Shown in pieces: positions 1 to 11,763 of a stretch of 64,000 bases of DNA. This stretch comes from Acidimicrobiia bacterium. GTDB lineage: Bacteria; Actinomycetota; Acidimicrobiia; Spongiisociales; ZC4RG35. The notes below the pieces were generated by a model. It saw only the letters and a program-made list of their open reading frames with translations. It was not told the DNA's origin and made no database searches. How positions within the stretch are numbered: position 1 is the stretch's first letter; every line of letters begins with the position of its first letter. Position numbers and translations under genes: made by a program. The stretch covers positions 1,504,001-1,568,000 of the forward strand of contig OZ244034.1 of assembly GCA_965215185.1 (NCBI GenBank), read 5' to 3'.

Positions 1-953
1 CCGGTCATCGAGCCTCCGCCGAGTTCTTTTGAGAGTTTGGCGCAACGCTCCAACAGGCGGCTGTGCAAGTAGAACACGTCTCCCGGATAGGCTTCCCGTC
101 CGGGGGGACGACGTAGCAGCAAGGCAATTTCTCGATAGGCGACCGCCTGCTTGGAAAGGTCGTCGAAGATGACCAGTGCGTGCTCACCGTTGTACATCCA
201 GTGCTGACCGATAGCCGACCCAGCGTAGGCGGCGTACATCTGCAGCGCCGGGGGCGCAGCAGCCGAGGCGTTCACCACAACCGTGTAGTCCATGGCGCCG
301 TGCTTGGCGAGCGAGGCCACTACCTCCGCCACGGTGGAGGCTTTCTGACCTACTGCCACATACACACATTTAACGCCGCTGTTACGCTGGTTGATGATGG
401 TGTCGACCACCAGAGCAGTCTTACCGGTCTGGCGGTCACCGATAATCAACTCCCGCTGCCCCCGGCCCACCGGGGTCATGGCGTCGATCGCCTTGATGCC
501 GGTCTGAAGCGGCTCGTGGACAGGCTGACGTTCCACCACCGTGGGTGCCTGTACTTCAAGGCGACGACGGGCAGTGGTGTTGATCGGTCCCTTGCCGTCG
601 ATCGGATTGCCCAGCGCGTCGATCACCCGCCCCAAAAGCTCGTCACCCACTCCGATCTCCAGCACCTTGCCGGTCTGGCGAACCGGATCGCCCTCCTGGA
701 TATGGTTCGACTCCCCCATCATCACCACGCCGATGGAATCCTCTTCCAAGTCGAGCACCACCCCGAGCAAGCCCCCCTCGAATTCCAATAGCTCCGAGGA
801 CATAGCGAGGGGCAGGCCTTTCACCCTGGCCACTCCATCGGCTATGGATGCCACATACCCCACCGTCTCCCGGGAGATGGAGGGGTGCCAATCTTCGAGG
901 GATTTTCGCAGCGCCTCGGTTATATCGTGGGCGGTGATCGTCATCTCGGCCAT
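1..953 (-). CDS. atpA: F0F1 ATP synthase subunit alpha (5' part; continues beyond window start)
   Basis: Read by hand on the - strand: AAGGAG RBS, ATG at 953 (MAEMTITA...), Walker [32 protein letters not shown]; follows atpH. Confidence 0.97.
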   Translation of the reverse strand, partial: MAEMTITAHDITEALRKSLEDWHPSISRETVGYVASIADGVARVKGLPLAMSSELLEFEGGLLGVVLDLEEDSIGVVMMGESNHIQEGDPVRQTGKVLEIGVGDELLGRVIDALGNPIDGKGPINTTARRRLEVQAPTVVERQPVHEPLQTGIKAIDAMTPVGRGQRELIIGDRQTGKTALVVDTIINQRNSGVKCVYVAVGQKASTVAEVVASLAKHGAMDYTVVVNASAAAPPALQMYAAYAGSAIGQHWMYNGEHALVIFDDLSKQAVAYREIALLLRRPPGREAYPGDVFYLHSRLLERCAKLSKELGGGSMT

Positions 954-969
954 TGGCTACTCCTTAGAT

Positions 970-1499
970 TCAAACATCGGCCAGCAAGGAACGTACCTGG
1001 TTCATTCTGGAGCGGACCGTCCCGTCCACTACCAGATCCCCCACCCGGGCCACCAATCCGCCCAAGACCTCTGGGTCAATCACCACCCTGGCCTCCACCG
1101 GGTGACCGACCACCTTCGAGAGGACATCCTCCAAGCGGCTAACCGTCTCCGGCGACAAGGCTACGGCAGACCGCGCTTCGGCTATCTTGCGACCCCGGGA
1201 TGCAGCCGCCTTCTCCGCCAGCCGGTCGGCGATTGGCACCAGATCAGACAGACGGTTCATCTGGATCAGAAGGCCGACCGCCTCTCGGGTTACCGAGGAG
1301 GCCCGATCCGTCAACAGTTCCGACATCAGGTCTGACAGACGGTCGCCAGTCAGCAGCGGGTCGGAGAGGGCGTCGGTCAACTCGGGGGAGCCTTCCACTG
1401 CCCGAGCCAGGGTATAGAGTTCACTCTCCACCCTCTCAAGCTGTGACTCGGCCGAAGCCAATCCGAACAGGGCGTCCGCGTAGCCCTCCGTGACCTCGC

Positions 1500-1503
<4 letters not shown>
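970..1503 (-). CDS. atpH: ATP synthase F1 subunit delta
   Basis: YADALF N-terminus, C-terminal DPEVLGGLVARVGDLVVDGTV; operon position. Confidence 0.95.
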
Positions 1504-2308
<805 letters not shown>

Positions 2309-2314
2309 TCAGGG

Positions 2315-3085
2315 TCAATGATCCACATTTATAGAGCTCTCGATGTAGACAGCAGTCAACAATGTGAAAATAAAAGCTTGCAGTACCCCCACAAAAATCT
2401 CGAATCCGGTGATGGCGATGGCAAAGGCCAAGGGCACGACGAAGGCCACTGCCTTCGGCTCCAGCACGAAATAGGAAGCGGAGGTCAAGAAAAAAACGGT
2501 GAGCATGATGTGTCCGGCGATCATGTTGGCAAACAGCCGGACGGCCAGGCTGATGGGACGAATGAGGAAGGTGGAGATCAACTCGATGGGAATCACGAGA
2601 ATCAACAGGGCCTTGGGCACTCCCGGTGGAACCAGGGAGTTCTTTATGTAGCTCAGGCCGTGCTTTTTCAAACCCACAAACACGAACACAACCCACACCA
2701 GGGCGGCTAGAAAGGCAGGGATGGCCATTCGGGAGGTGACCGGAAAATTGATAAATGGGATTACTTCCAGCAGATTCAAGAAGAGCAGCCAGAAGAACAT
2801 GGGAATCAGCAGCCACTCGTATTGAGCCGACTGTGATCCGATGGTGTCCCGGGCGATGCCGTTGCGCACAAAATCGACCAGGGTCTCCACCAACACACCC
2901 ATCTTGGTGGGGACCACCTGGGGCTTTCGCACCGGCAGATACAAGAAGAGGAAAGTGGCCAAGGTGGCCAGGAACATCAGCAGCACCACCCGGTTGATCC
3001 CAAAGGGCAGCACCACCGGCCAGTCGAACAGGTGGTTTATATCGCTTGGCACCTCCACCACTTGGGCCAGGATTGGAAAGCTCAT
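2315..3085 (-). CDS. atpB: ATP synthase F0 subunit a
   Basis: RPISLAVRLFANMIAGH and LQAFIFTLLTAVYI motifs. Confidence 0.97.
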   Translation of the reverse strand: MSFPILAQVVEVPSDINHLFDWPVVLPFGINRVVLLMFLATLATFLFLYLPVRKPQVVPTKMGVLVETLVDFVRNGIARDTIGSQSAQYEWLLIPMFFWLLFLNLLEVIPFINFPVTSRMAIPAFLAALVWVVFVFVGLKKHGLSYIKNSLVPPGVPKALLILVIPIELISTFLIRPISLAVRLFANMIAGHIMLTVFFLTSASYFVLEPKAVAFVVPLAFAIAITGFEIFVGVLQAFIFTLLTAVYIESSINVDH

Positions 3086-3453
3086 CGGGTTGTCACCTGT
3101 CGGCGGGATTCAGCGGTCAAAGCACCCAACCAGGCCGCTCCCACTCCCACGAATAGCCCGTAGAGATGGGCGTCCCAGATGGCCACCGCCGCCCAAACCA
3201 GGAGGGTGACTATGACCAATCGAACCACAAAGCCTCCGAAGGCCACCACCCCCAGAGTCAGGAAGGAACGGCGGGCTGCCAGAGACAGCGCCCAGCCGGT
3301 GGCTGCGAACGACCCGGCCGCCACCAATGCTCCCGCAACGGCCCAGCCACCGGCCGCTGCCGTCCAAATCGCCCATGACACCACCCCGGCCAGGGGCGCG
3401 ATATAAAGTGCCCGCCCCGCCAGACGGCGGCCCATCGCAGCTTCTAGGTCCAA
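3082..3453 (-). CDS. atpI: ATP synthase accessory membrane protein I
   Basis: Four hydrophobic helices directly upstream of atpB; TTG at 3453 preceded by AGGAG (start uncertain). Confidence 0.7.
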   Translation of the reverse strand: MDLEAAMGRRLAGRALYIAPLAGVVSWAIWTAAAGGWAVAGALVAAGSFAATGWALSLAARRSFLTLGVVAFGGFVVRLVIVTLLVWAAVAIWDAHLYGLFVGVGAAWLGALTAESRRQVTTR

Positions 3454-3487
3454 GATCGCTCCTGTGTGAGAAATACCACGCCAAAGG

Positions 3488-4768
3488 TTATACGGTTTCG
3501 CCGTATCCTCGAAAACCAAGCGGATAGGGTGGAAAAGCCGCTGCCAACTCCGCCACCCGCCCGGCGATATCCGCCAAAACGGACTCGTCGTGGCGCTTGC
3601 GGAGGGCTTTCACGATCAGGGATCCCACTTCTCGGGCCTCCGGTTCGTTCATGCCCTGGGAAGTCATGGCGGGAGTCCCGATACGAAGACCCGAGGCCCG
3701 ATAGGGAGGGCGGGGATCGAAGGGAATGGTGTTGAAATTGAGCGTGATACCCACTCGATCCAACAAACGGGCGGCCGTCCGACCGGTGAGATCTTCGGAC
3801 ACCGAGCGGAGATCGATTAGGAACAGATGGTTATCGGTGCCACCCGACACCACCCGGGCTCCGGTCTCTTGCACCGAAGCGCACATGGCCGCGGCGTTGC
3901 GTACGATTTGGGCAGCGTATGACTGGAAGTCGGGAGTGGAGGCCTCCAGGAAGCAGACCGCCTTGGCCGCCACCTGGTTGATGATCGGCCCACCCTGGGT
4001 ATTGGGGAACACCGCCTTGTTGATAGCGGAAGCGTATTCCTCTCTGGCCAACGCCAAACCGCCACGAGGCCCCCGCAAGGCTTTGTGGGTGGTGCCGGTG
4101 ACGATATCAGCGTACGGGACGGGATTGGGGTAGGCCTTGCCGGCCACCAACCCGATGAAATGGGCAGCGTCCACCATGAGGATGGCGCCGACCTCATCGG
4201 CGATTTCACGGAATCCCTGGTAATCGAGGTGTCGGGAATAGGCAGAATATCCTGCCAGGAGTATTTTCGGACGGTGCTGGTGCGCCAGTGATCTCACCTG
4301 GTCCATATCGATCTGCTCGGTGGCAGGGTCCACCCCGTACGCCGCAAAGTCGTAATACAAGCCCGAGAAGTTGACCGGAGACCCGTGAGTGAGGTGCCCG
4401 CCCTGGTCGAGTCGCATTCCGAGCACCGTATCTGAGGGCTTGAGCAGCGAAAAGTAGACGCTCATGTTGGCCTGTGCTCCCGAATGAGGCTGCACATTGG
4501 CCGAATCCGCCCCGAACAGGGCTTTGGCGCGTTCTATGGCCAATGTCTCGATCTCATCCACCACCTGGCAACCTTCGTAGTAGCGACGGCCGGGATAGCC
4601 TTCCGCATACTTGTTGGTGAACACCGATCCGGAAGCGGACATGACCGCCGGCGAGGCAAAATTCTCGGAAGCGATCAGGTGGATGTGGCTGTTCTGGCGC
4701 TCTACGTCGCGGCGAATCAGATCAGCAGCGCGAGGATCCACCTCAGAGAGGGAACGCATATCAATCAT
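3488..4768 (-). CDS. glyA: Serine hydroxymethyltransferase
   Basis: LIASEN, NKYAEGYPGRRYY, GGHLTHG, TTHK(PLP)ALRGPRGG. Confidence 0.98.
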   Translation of the reverse strand: MIDMRSLSEVDPRAADLIRRDVERQNSHIHLIASENFASPAVMSASGSVFTNKYAEGYPGRRYYEGCQVVDEIETLAIERAKALFGADSANVQPHSGAQANMSVYFSLLKPSDTVLGMRLDQGGHLTHGSPVNFSGLYYDFAAYGVDPATEQIDMDQVRSLAHQHRPKILLAGYSAYSRHLDYQGFREIADEVGAILMVDAAHFIGLVAGKAYPNPVPYADIVTGTTHKALRGPRGGLALAREEYASAINKAVFPNTQGGPIINQVAAKAVCFLEASTPDFQSYAAQIVRNAAAMCASVQETGARVVSGGTDNHLFLIDLRSVSEDLTGRTAARLLDRVGITLNFNTIPFDPRPPYRASGLRIGTPAMTSQGMNEPEAREVGSLIVKALRKRHDESVLADIAGRVAELAAAFPPYPLGFRGYGETV

Positions 4769-4856
4769 GGGGAGTCCTTTTTACCGTTTGCCCACACGGT
4801 GGGGATTAGTAACGGCAGGAATTCTACTCTCTAATCCTATCCTTTTAGTTCTGCCC

Positions 4857-5267
4857 TCAAGGCCCCTCCAAAAGGGTCTCGCCAGAGAACCCGTAGGGCA
4901 GCAACTCGGAAAAGGCGTGGACGCGGAAAGCCCCGGCGCCAGCGGCCACCAGCACCGTTTCCACTCCGAATTCGTTCATAATCTGCCGGCAGCAGCCGCA
5001 CGGGTAGGAATCGTCGATGGAGGGAGCGTCGATGCAAGCCACCGCCACTGTATGAACTCTTCGCACCCCCGCCGCCGCGGCGGTATTGACCGCGGTAGCT
5101 TCCGCGCAAATGGAGACCGAATAGGCGGCGTTTTCGACATTGGCGCCGGTGAAAACGGACCCGTCCTCGGCCACCAGAGCCGCTCCGACCCGAAATCGAG
5201 AATAGGGTGAATAGGAGTTCTCAGCGGCGCGGCGCGCCCTTTCCACTAAAGCCCCATGATCGTTCAT
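4857..5267 (-). CDS. cdd: Cytidine deaminase
   Basis: YSPYSRFRVGAA, NVENAAY, CAE and PCGxCRQ zinc motifs. Confidence 0.95.
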   Translation of the reverse strand: MNDHGALVERARRAAENSYSPYSRFRVGAALVAEDGSVFTGANVENAAYSVSICAEATAVNTAAAAGVRRVHTVAVACIDAPSIDDSYPCGCCRQIMNEFGVETVLVAAGAGAFRVHAFSELLPYGFSGETLLEGP

Positions 5268-6229
5268 GTCGGCTCTTCCTCCAGCAGCGCCCGCACGAAT
5301 GTCTCGGCGGAGAATGGAGCCAGATCCGAGAGTGTCTCGCCGGTCCCCACCAGCTTGACGGGCGTGCCCAGACTGCGTTCCACAGCCACAGCCACCCCAC
5401 CCCGGGCGGTTCCGTCCAACTTGGTCAGGACAACGCCGGTCACCCCAACCCGGTCACAGAACTCCCGGGCCTGAGCCAACCCATTCTGGCCCGTGGAAGC
5501 ATCCAGCACCAAAAGCACCTCGTCCACCTTCCCTGCCGCCTCGGCCAACACCCGCTTGATCTTCTGCAACTGACTCATCAAATGCGTCTTGGAATGCAGC
5601 CGTCCGGCGGTGTCGATCACCACCACCTCATGACCCCGGCTCTTCGCCGCCGACCAGGCGTCGCGGGCCACCGCCGCAGGATCGGCGCCTTCTTTTCCAC
5701 CCACCATCTCCACTCCCATCAACTCCGCCCAAATCTCCAGTTGACGCTGGGCGGCCGGACGGTAGGTGTCCGCCGCGCCCAGCAGGCATTTTTTGTCGCT
5801 GCTGGACAACAGGTGGACGATCTTGGCCGCAGTGGTCGTCTTGCCCGCTCCGTTGACCCCCACCACCATCACCACCCGCGGGGACCCGTTGCCGGACCAC
5901 TCCAAACTGCGATCTCGATCGCCGAATAGCGCCAGCATCTCCTCAGCCAGAATCGCCCGGGCTGCAGCGCGGTCATCGGGCTTTCCTTCGCGGACTGCGG
6001 CGACCAGCTGAGTGGAGATATCCACCCCTATGTCGGCTGCCACCAGCGCCTCCTCCAAACCATTCCAGAAGTTGTCGTCGAGACGCTCGCCGCCCGCCAT
6101 CGACCGAAACATCCCCCACAAGGCATCTCGAGTTTTGGACATGGCGGATACGGTCGGATCCACCGAAGATGGTGATCCTTTCAGAGCAGAGGCGCCACGC
6201 CTCTTCCACCAGCCCGTTAGCCATCCCAC
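5264..6229 (-). CDS. ftsY: Signal recognition particle receptor FtsY
   Basis: GVNGAGKTTT, DTYRPAA, DTAGR, TKLDGTARGG; GTG at 6229 lies 7 nt after a TAAGCT -10-like hexamer (possibly leaderless; start uncertain). Confidence 0.95.
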   Translation of the reverse strand: MGWLTGWWKRRGASALKGSPSSVDPTVSAMSKTRDALWGMFRSMAGGERLDDNFWNGLEEALVAADIGVDISTQLVAAVREGKPDDRAAARAILAEEMLALFGDRDRSLEWSGNGSPRVVMVVGVNGAGKTTTAAKIVHLLSSSDKKCLLGAADTYRPAAQRQLEIWAELMGVEMVGGKEGADPAAVARDAWSAAKSRGHEVVVIDTAGRLHSKTHLMSQLQKIKRVLAEAAGKVDEVLLVLDASTGQNGLAQAREFCDRVGVTGVVLTKLDGTARGGVAVAVERSLGTPVKLVGTGETLSDLAPFSAETFVRALLEEEPT

Positions 6230-6623
6230 TCTCGCCAGCTTAATACGCCCTTCCCCTGCAGACTTCACCCTGCCTTCCCTCTGCTCGCCATCCTCTCAGG
6301 GGATGGCTTGTTCTCCGGCCCACATTGGCGCATTCAAGCGGAATATGCGTGTTCGCCTGCGAATTCTCGCGACGACCGCAGCCAATGCGCGGAAAACAGT
6401 GTCCATTCTTCCCCCTAATCGGGTTCCCCGCCACCGCCAAACCATAGGTCAAGCTGCGCTTCGCCCAGCCTCTTGGAGAGGAGGATTGGCGAAAAGGATC
6501 TCTGGAGCGGCTTGGTCGACGCGTCCTCTCGGGCCGCACGGGTGTTTGATCGGCTGTTGACAGTGTGATGTTGGCGGTGAAACAAATTCAGTCCCATAGC
6601 CGAGTTTTTGCCAATTCCCCGCT

Positions 6624-9600
6624 TTAGGCAGACCTGACCCGGCGCGCCAACACGTTTGAACCGGCCTCGGTGCGGTCGATTCGATGAGATACCATCTGGG
6701 TGGCGCCCCCGGGAGGCATGGTCACCCCATAGAGCACCTCGGCGATCTCCGCGGTCTGTGGTTGGTGGGTGATGATCAGGATCTGTGCCCGGGAGCGCAA
6801 CTCCTTCACCATCTCCAGCACCCGGTGCAGATTGGCCGAATCCAAGGTGGCGTCCATCTCGTCCAACAGATAGAAAGGAGATGGGCGGGTTCTCATCATG
6901 GCGAAAAGAAAAGCCAAAGCCCCCAGAGCCCTCTCTCCTCCGGACAACAAGCTGAGTCGTGACACCCGCTTGCCCAAGGGCCGGGCGTGGATCTCCACTC
7001 CCGATCCGAGTGGATCGGCCGGGTCGACGATGGTAAGCCGGCCCCGCCCACCGGGGAAAACCTGCCCGAAGGTCTGCTCGAAGGCGGTCGCCGTCTCCCG
7101 GAAGGTGGCCAGATACCGCTCGGTGGCCTCCTTCTCCAGCTCCGAGATCACCTTGCGCAACTGCCGACCGGAATCCACGATGTCGTCATACTGATCGGAC
7201 AACTCCGACAATTCAGCCTCCACCTGAGCGAGGTCCGAAGCCGCGTAATGGTTGATGGGTCGCATCCGCTCCAGTTCGGCGGCCAGCGCCGCCAGAGTTC
7301 CGGCCGGGTCATCGATACCCGGAGCCGAAGCGCCCAGCGCCTCTTCAGGATCGGCATTCATCTCCAAGAGGCCTTCGACCGTCGAGTGGCAAACCGCCTC
7401 CAACCGAGAAACCTCGGCGATCAGTTTCTCCAGTTCGGTGGTCGCCCGCCGCCCACTGTCCGCGGCCACCTGCATGGATTCTTTGATCGCTGCGGCTTCG
7501 CTTGCCAAATCCCGGGCTCGTCGCATGGAAGTCCTGTCCAATTCCACCAGCGCCTCACGCCGCAGTGACATCACCTCGAGCGCCGCGGCGGCCAATGCCG
7601 CCACCTCCTCGGAGAGGTCCCCCGACAAGTCCTCGGGCAGAAGACTCACCTCGGCGAGTTCAACCACGACCTGCTCGAATCGGGCACGTTCCAGCCGGCG
7701 GCGCTCGCCGAGACGGGTGACCTCGGAGGTTCGCCGCCGATACTCCTCATCTGCCGCGGTGCGCGCCCGGGATACCTCCTCCAGCTGACGGGAAAGCCGC
7801 TCGGCCTCCATTGCCGAATCCACTCTCCCTTGGCGGAGCCGTCCTATGTGTTCCCCCAATTCGGTCATCCGGACCTCCCGCTGCGCGCTTTCCTCCACAA
7901 GAGAACTGCGCCGCCGGTTCAGACGGTCCTCTTCACGTCCGATCTCCCGGCGCCGGGCCCCCGATCGATCCCAATCCCGCTGCAACTTCAAAAGCGTGAG
8001 GCGACGGAGTTCAAAGCGGGCGGAGACCTTCTCCAAAGACTCCTCCAGCAACCCCACCTGCCGCCGCAACCTTTGGACCTGCTGTTCGCGGGCCTGGCAT
8101 TCTGCTACGGCCGCCTGGGCGCCGGAGGTGACGGCCGCCAGATCAGGAAGACGCTCCCCCCCGCCCAGCGCGACTCCCCTCACCGTTATCAGATCTCCTC
8201 GACGAGTCACCGCTCGAAGACGGGGATGACTTGCCACCACCTCGAATCCGCTCTGCCAATCCTCCACCAGCACCACATCACCCACCAGGCGCAACGCCAA
8301 AGGAGACTGGCGGCTGTCGTCCAGATGGTCGACCAGGGGCGTCACCTTGCTGCCGGAAGCGGCCACGGTCCGGGCAAGACTGTCTGCGCCCCCGGGAAAG
8401 CGGGTGCTCACCATCGACACCGGACCTTCCACTGCGGCCGTGGCTCCCAACCTGTCCACCGCGTTCCCCACCGCCACCGGACCCTCGAACACCGCCGCCT
8501 CGGCCCACTTTCCCAATCCGGCTTCCACCGCCGCGGCCAGTTCCGAAGGAACGTCCAGCACCTGCGCCACCCATCCCACCCATCCGGCCAAGCCCTCCAC
8601 TTGTCTTCGGCGGTTGGGATCGACTCCACGCAGGGCCTCCCGGGCAACTTCCAGTCTGCCCACCGCCTCCGCCATCCCTGTCCGGGCTTCCACCGCCCCG
8701 GCCTCGGCATCACGCAGACGCATTCTCTCCTCTGCAGCCCGTCGCCTCGCCTTCCCCACCTCTTCTTCCTCGGACCGCTGTGATGTTCGATCCTCCACCA
8801 GTTTCCGTTCGATCACCGCCGCCTCGGAGTCCAACAACTCGGCGGCGCATGACAACTCGGCCAGTCGAGCCTCCAGCGCCTCCAGTTCCCTTCGATCCCG
8901 GTCCCCGGCGGCTTCCAGCGCGGCCTTCTCGCTCTGCAATCCCGCGATCTGCGCATCGCCGCCCATTCCTTGGAGGGAAGCCAGCCTCCGTTCCTCCCTG
9001 GCCAACCGCACCCCAGAGATCCGAAACTCCTCCGCGGAGCGGTCGGCAGCCCGCTGCAATTCATCCAGTTCGGAGAGGCTCTTCTCCAATCCGGCACGTT
9101 CCTCCATCAAAGCAAGACGGCGGGACTCGGTGTGCCGCCGCCTTTTCAACGCCTGAGAACGCAGGGTCGCCACTTGCGAGAGCCGCCTCATCCGCTCGGT
9201 CACCATCTCCCAATCACGCAACATGCCGCCGCCTGGATCCGAGCGGAGTTCCTCCTGGGCGATTTCGACCCCGGCCAAAGCGGTCATGCCCCGTTGCTGC
9301 TCGGCCATCGCCTCCGAACGAGCCTCCATCCACTTTGAACGACTGTCCACAGCCGCATTCAGCCGCTCGTCGATTTCCCGAAGTTTTTGGCCCTCCAGAA
9401 AGAGTCGAAGCCTCCTGATCTCTTCAACCAGCCGAGAATAACGCCCGAGCGCCTCGCTTTGGCGGCGAAGCGGACGCAATCTACGGCCCTTTTCCGAGAT
9501 CAGATCTCCAATACGGTCCAAGTCCGACCGGGTGGATTCCAGGCGGCTAACGGCCCTGTCCCGCCGCCAGAGGTGTTTGCCTACCCCAGCCGCTTCCTCA

Positions 9601-10082
9601 AGCACCTTGCGGTGCTCGGAAGCAGAGGCGTTGAGTATCTGATCAACCTGGCCCTGTCCCAACAGCACGTAGCGGCTTTTGCGCATTCCCGCCGCAGCCA
9701 GCAGTTCGGTGATGTCCATAAGCCGGCATGGCTCCCGGTTGATCTCAAACTCCGACTCACCCGATCGGTAGTACCGCCGGGTGATCGACACTTCCGGGCG
9801 ATCAATGGGCAACAGGCCCGAACTGTTGTCAAAGACCAAAGTCACCTCGGCCCGGGAGGCGGCCGCGAGAGTGGCCGTGCCACAAAACAGCAAATCATCG
9901 GAGCGGTCCGCCCTGAGTGCGCGGGTGGATTGGCCCCCCGTAACCCAAGCCACCGCGTCCACGATGTTGGATTTGCCCGACCCATTCGGGCCGACTATCA
10001 CCGTTATTCCCGGATCCAATTCCAGAGTGGCCCGACCGCCGAAAGATTTGAACCCGGCCAAAGAAATTGACTTCAAAAACAT
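6624..10082 (-). CDS. smc: Chromosome segregation protein SMC
   Basis: GFKSF, GPNGSGKSN Walker A, long coiled coils with hinge, LSGGE signature, LDEMDATLD Walker B. Confidence 0.95.
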   Translation of the reverse strand: MFLKSISLAGFKSFGGRATLELDPGITVIVGPNGSGKSNIVDAVAWVTGGQSTRALRADRSDDLLFCGTATLAAASRAEVTLVFDNSSGLLPIDRPEVSITRRYYRSGESEFEINREPCRLMDITELLAAAGMRKSRYVLLGQGQVDQILNASASEHRKVLEEAAGVGKHLWRRDRAVSRLESTRSDLDRIGDLISEKGRRLRPLRRQSEALGRYSRLVEEIRRLRLFLEGQKLREIDERLNAAVDSRSKWMEARSEAMAEQQRGMTALAGVEIAQEELRSDPGGGMLRDWEMVTERMRRLSQVATLRSQALKRRRHTESRRLALMEERAGLEKSLSELDELQRAADRSAEEFRISGVRLAREERRLASLQGMGGDAQIAGLQSEKAALEAAGDRDRRELEALEARLAELSCAAELLDSEAAVIERKLVEDRTSQRSEEEEVGKARRRAAEERMRLRDAEAGAVEARTGMAEAVGRLEVAREALRGVDPNRRRQVEGLAGWVGWVAQVLDVPSELAAAVEAGLGKWAEAAVFEGPVAVGNAVDRLGATAAVEGPVSMVSTRFPGGADSLARTVAASGSKVTPLVDHLDDSRQSPLALRLVGDVVLVEDWQSGFEVVASHPRLRAVTRRGDLITVRGVALGGGERLPDLAAVTSGAQAAVAECQAREQQVQRLRRQVGLLEESLEKVSARFELRRLTLLKLQRDWDRSGARRREIGREEDRLNRRRSSLVEESAQREVRMTELGEHIGRLRQGRVDSAMEAERLSRQLEEVSRARTAADEEYRRRTSEVTRLGERRRLERARFEQVVVELAEVSLLPEDLSGDLSEEVAALAAAALEVMSLRREALVELDRTSMRRARDLASEAAAIKESMQVAADSGRRATTELEKLIAEVSRLEAVCHSTVEGLLEMNADPEEALGASAPGIDDPAGTLAALAAELERMRPINHYAASDLAQVEAELSELSDQYDDIVDSGRQLRKVISELEKEATERYLATFRETATAFEQTFGQVFPGGRGRLTIVDPADPLGSGVEIHARPLGKRVSRLSLLSGGERALGALAFLFAMMRTRPSPFYLLDEMDATLDSANLHRVLEMVKELRSRAQILIITHQPQTAEIAEVLYGVTMPPGGATQMVSHRIDRTEAGSNVLARRVRSA

Positions 10083-10124
10083 CGGAAACTCCCAAGCTAC
10101 CGCACAAGAGGTGCGATCAGTGGT

Positions 10125-10970
10125 TTATCCCCTTTTGCCAGGTTCCTGACAACGCGGGCAGAAGTGTGAAGAGCGGGCGCCGATCACCGTCCGCATGATC
10201 GCAGCGTGGCAGGATCGGCAGGGTTGCCCCTCCCGTCCGTACACCCGCAGATACTCCAAGAAACCTCCCGCCCGACCATCCGGCAACAAGTAGGCAAGAT
10301 CATCGAGGCTGGTGCCTCCCCGGCTGATACCCTCCGACAGCACCGGGCCGACCTGGGAACGAAGCCTTTCCACCTCAATGCCTGACAGGCTCCCCGACCG
10401 GCGGGAGGGGTGGATTCCAGCCCGGTGCAGCACCTCATCTGCATAGATGTTTCCCAAACCAGCCAGGAACCGCTGATCCAGCAACAGGCTTTTGATGGGG
10501 AGGGTCCGCGATCTCATTTTCTCGAAGAGGTGACCGGCGGAAGGCAGGTGCTTCCAAGCGTCGGCGCCCAGCTTGGAGAGGCTGGATTCCCTCATCTCTC
10601 CCGGGGAGAAAACCGCCACAAACCCGAAGGTTCTGGGATCGATAAAGCGCAAAGAAGGGCCCGACTCCATCTCCGCCCAAAACCGGGTGTGCCCCTGCGT
10701 GGGGTCACCGGGTCGGGCCAGATAAATCCGACCAGACATGCCCAGATGGATCACCCAGGTCAGATCGGCGTCCAATTCGATGAGCAGGAACTTTCCGATC
10801 CGATCCAGACCCAGAACGCGCCGACCCTCCAGGCGATCCTGCACATCGGCGATCCGGGCATGACGCCGAGCAGTCCGGGCATGACAGACCCGGGCGGCGG
10901 CTACCCTGCGACCTACCAGTTCTGGCCGGATGGCCCGGCGCACCGTCTCCACTTCCGGCAGTTCAGGCAT
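10125..10970 (-). CDS. mutM: Formamidopyrimidine-DNA glycosylase
   Basis: N-terminal PELPEVE, HLGMSG, GLGNIYADE, C-terminal CxxC...CPRCQ zinc finger. Confidence 0.97.
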   Translation of the reverse strand: MPELPEVETVRRAIRPELVGRRVAAARVCHARTARRHARIADVQDRLEGRRVLGLDRIGKFLLIELDADLTWVIHLGMSGRIYLARPGDPTQGHTRFWAEMESGPSLRFIDPRTFGFVAVFSPGEMRESSLSKLGADAWKHLPSAGHLFEKMRSRTLPIKSLLLDQRFLAGLGNIYADEVLHRAGIHPSRRSGSLSGIEVERLRSQVGPVLSEGISRGGTSLDDLAYLLPDGRAGGFLEYLRVYGREGQPCRSCHAAIMRTVIGARSSHFCPRCQEPGKRG

Positions 10971-10981
10971 AATGCCTCAGA

Positions 10982-11758
10982 TCAGGACTTTCCCTCCGCC
11001 CTTCTTTGACTCCAATACCTCAAGCGGCGCACTATCGGAGACACCGATGCGGGGGGAGCAATGGACACCACCAGCGTGGGCTGGGAGAGAGTGAGCGAAG
11101 CGTCCGGATACAATTCTTTCAAGGCCTCCGCTGCCGCCTGCTGCTCGGCCAACCGCCGAGACGAACCTTTACCCACCCCGTACAACTTCCCCTCAACTCG
11201 GACTTCCACTCGGAACCGGCGGGCATGGCTAAGACCCTCCTCGGTCTTGCGGTAGAGAGGCTCTTTGCCCTCCGCAGCAAGCATTTCCTGTAGATGGGTC
11301 TTAGCGTCGCGGGCATCAGGCGCCGCCGCCTGAGCGGCAATCAAAGCCTTCCAGTGGGTCATGACCAGCTTCTCAGCGACCGGCCACCCACCATCCTCAT
11401 AAACCGCTCCGATCAATGCCTCCATGGCGTCGGCCAGAATGCTGGTCTTGTCACGGCCTCCCGACTGCATCTCTCCCTTGCCCAATCGGAGGGCATCCCC
11501 CAGGTCGAGCGCTTCGGCCACCTGCGCCAGGGTCTCCTTTCTCACCACCGCCGCCCGAACCCGAGTCATCTGGCCCTCTCGGAGGTGGGGATACTCCCGG
11601 AAGGTGTGTCGGGTAACCACCAACTGCAAAACGGCGTCGCCAAGAAACTCCAACCTCTCGTTGTCCGGAATGCTCCTTTCGTTGGCGTAGGAGCGATGGG
11701 TGAGAGCGGTCAGCAGCAGCTCCGAAGAGTTAAAACGATGCCCCACACGTTGCTGCAA
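10982..11758 (-). CDS. rnc: Ribonuclease III
   Basis: ALTHRS, NERLEFLGDAVL signature, C-terminal dsRBD. Confidence 0.97.
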   Translation of the reverse strand: MQQRVGHRFNSSELLLTALTHRSYANERSIPDNERLEFLGDAVLQLVVTRHTFREYPHLREGQMTRVRAAVVRKETLAQVAEALDLGDALRLGKGEMQSGGRDKTSILADAMEALIGAVYEDGGWPVAEKLVMTHWKALIAAQAAAPDARDAKTHLQEMLAAEGKEPLYRKTEEGLSHARRFRVEVRVEGKLYGVGKGSSRRLAEQQAAAEALKELYPDASLTLSQPTLVVSIAPPASVSPIVRRLRYWSQRRAEGKS

Positions 11759-11763
11759 ACCGT

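Noticed and set aside
6229-6406. TGA in frame with ftsY, suggesting a Sec-readthrough N-terminal extension
   Set aside because: No SECIS-like stem; FtsY has its own plausible start at 6229 with a -10 hexamer.
6684-10149. Many long + strand ORFs opposite smc (likewise opposite recG, dnaG, ppc and the Mo enzyme)
   Set aside because: Antisense shadow ORFs typical of high-GC DNA, with no recognisable motifs.
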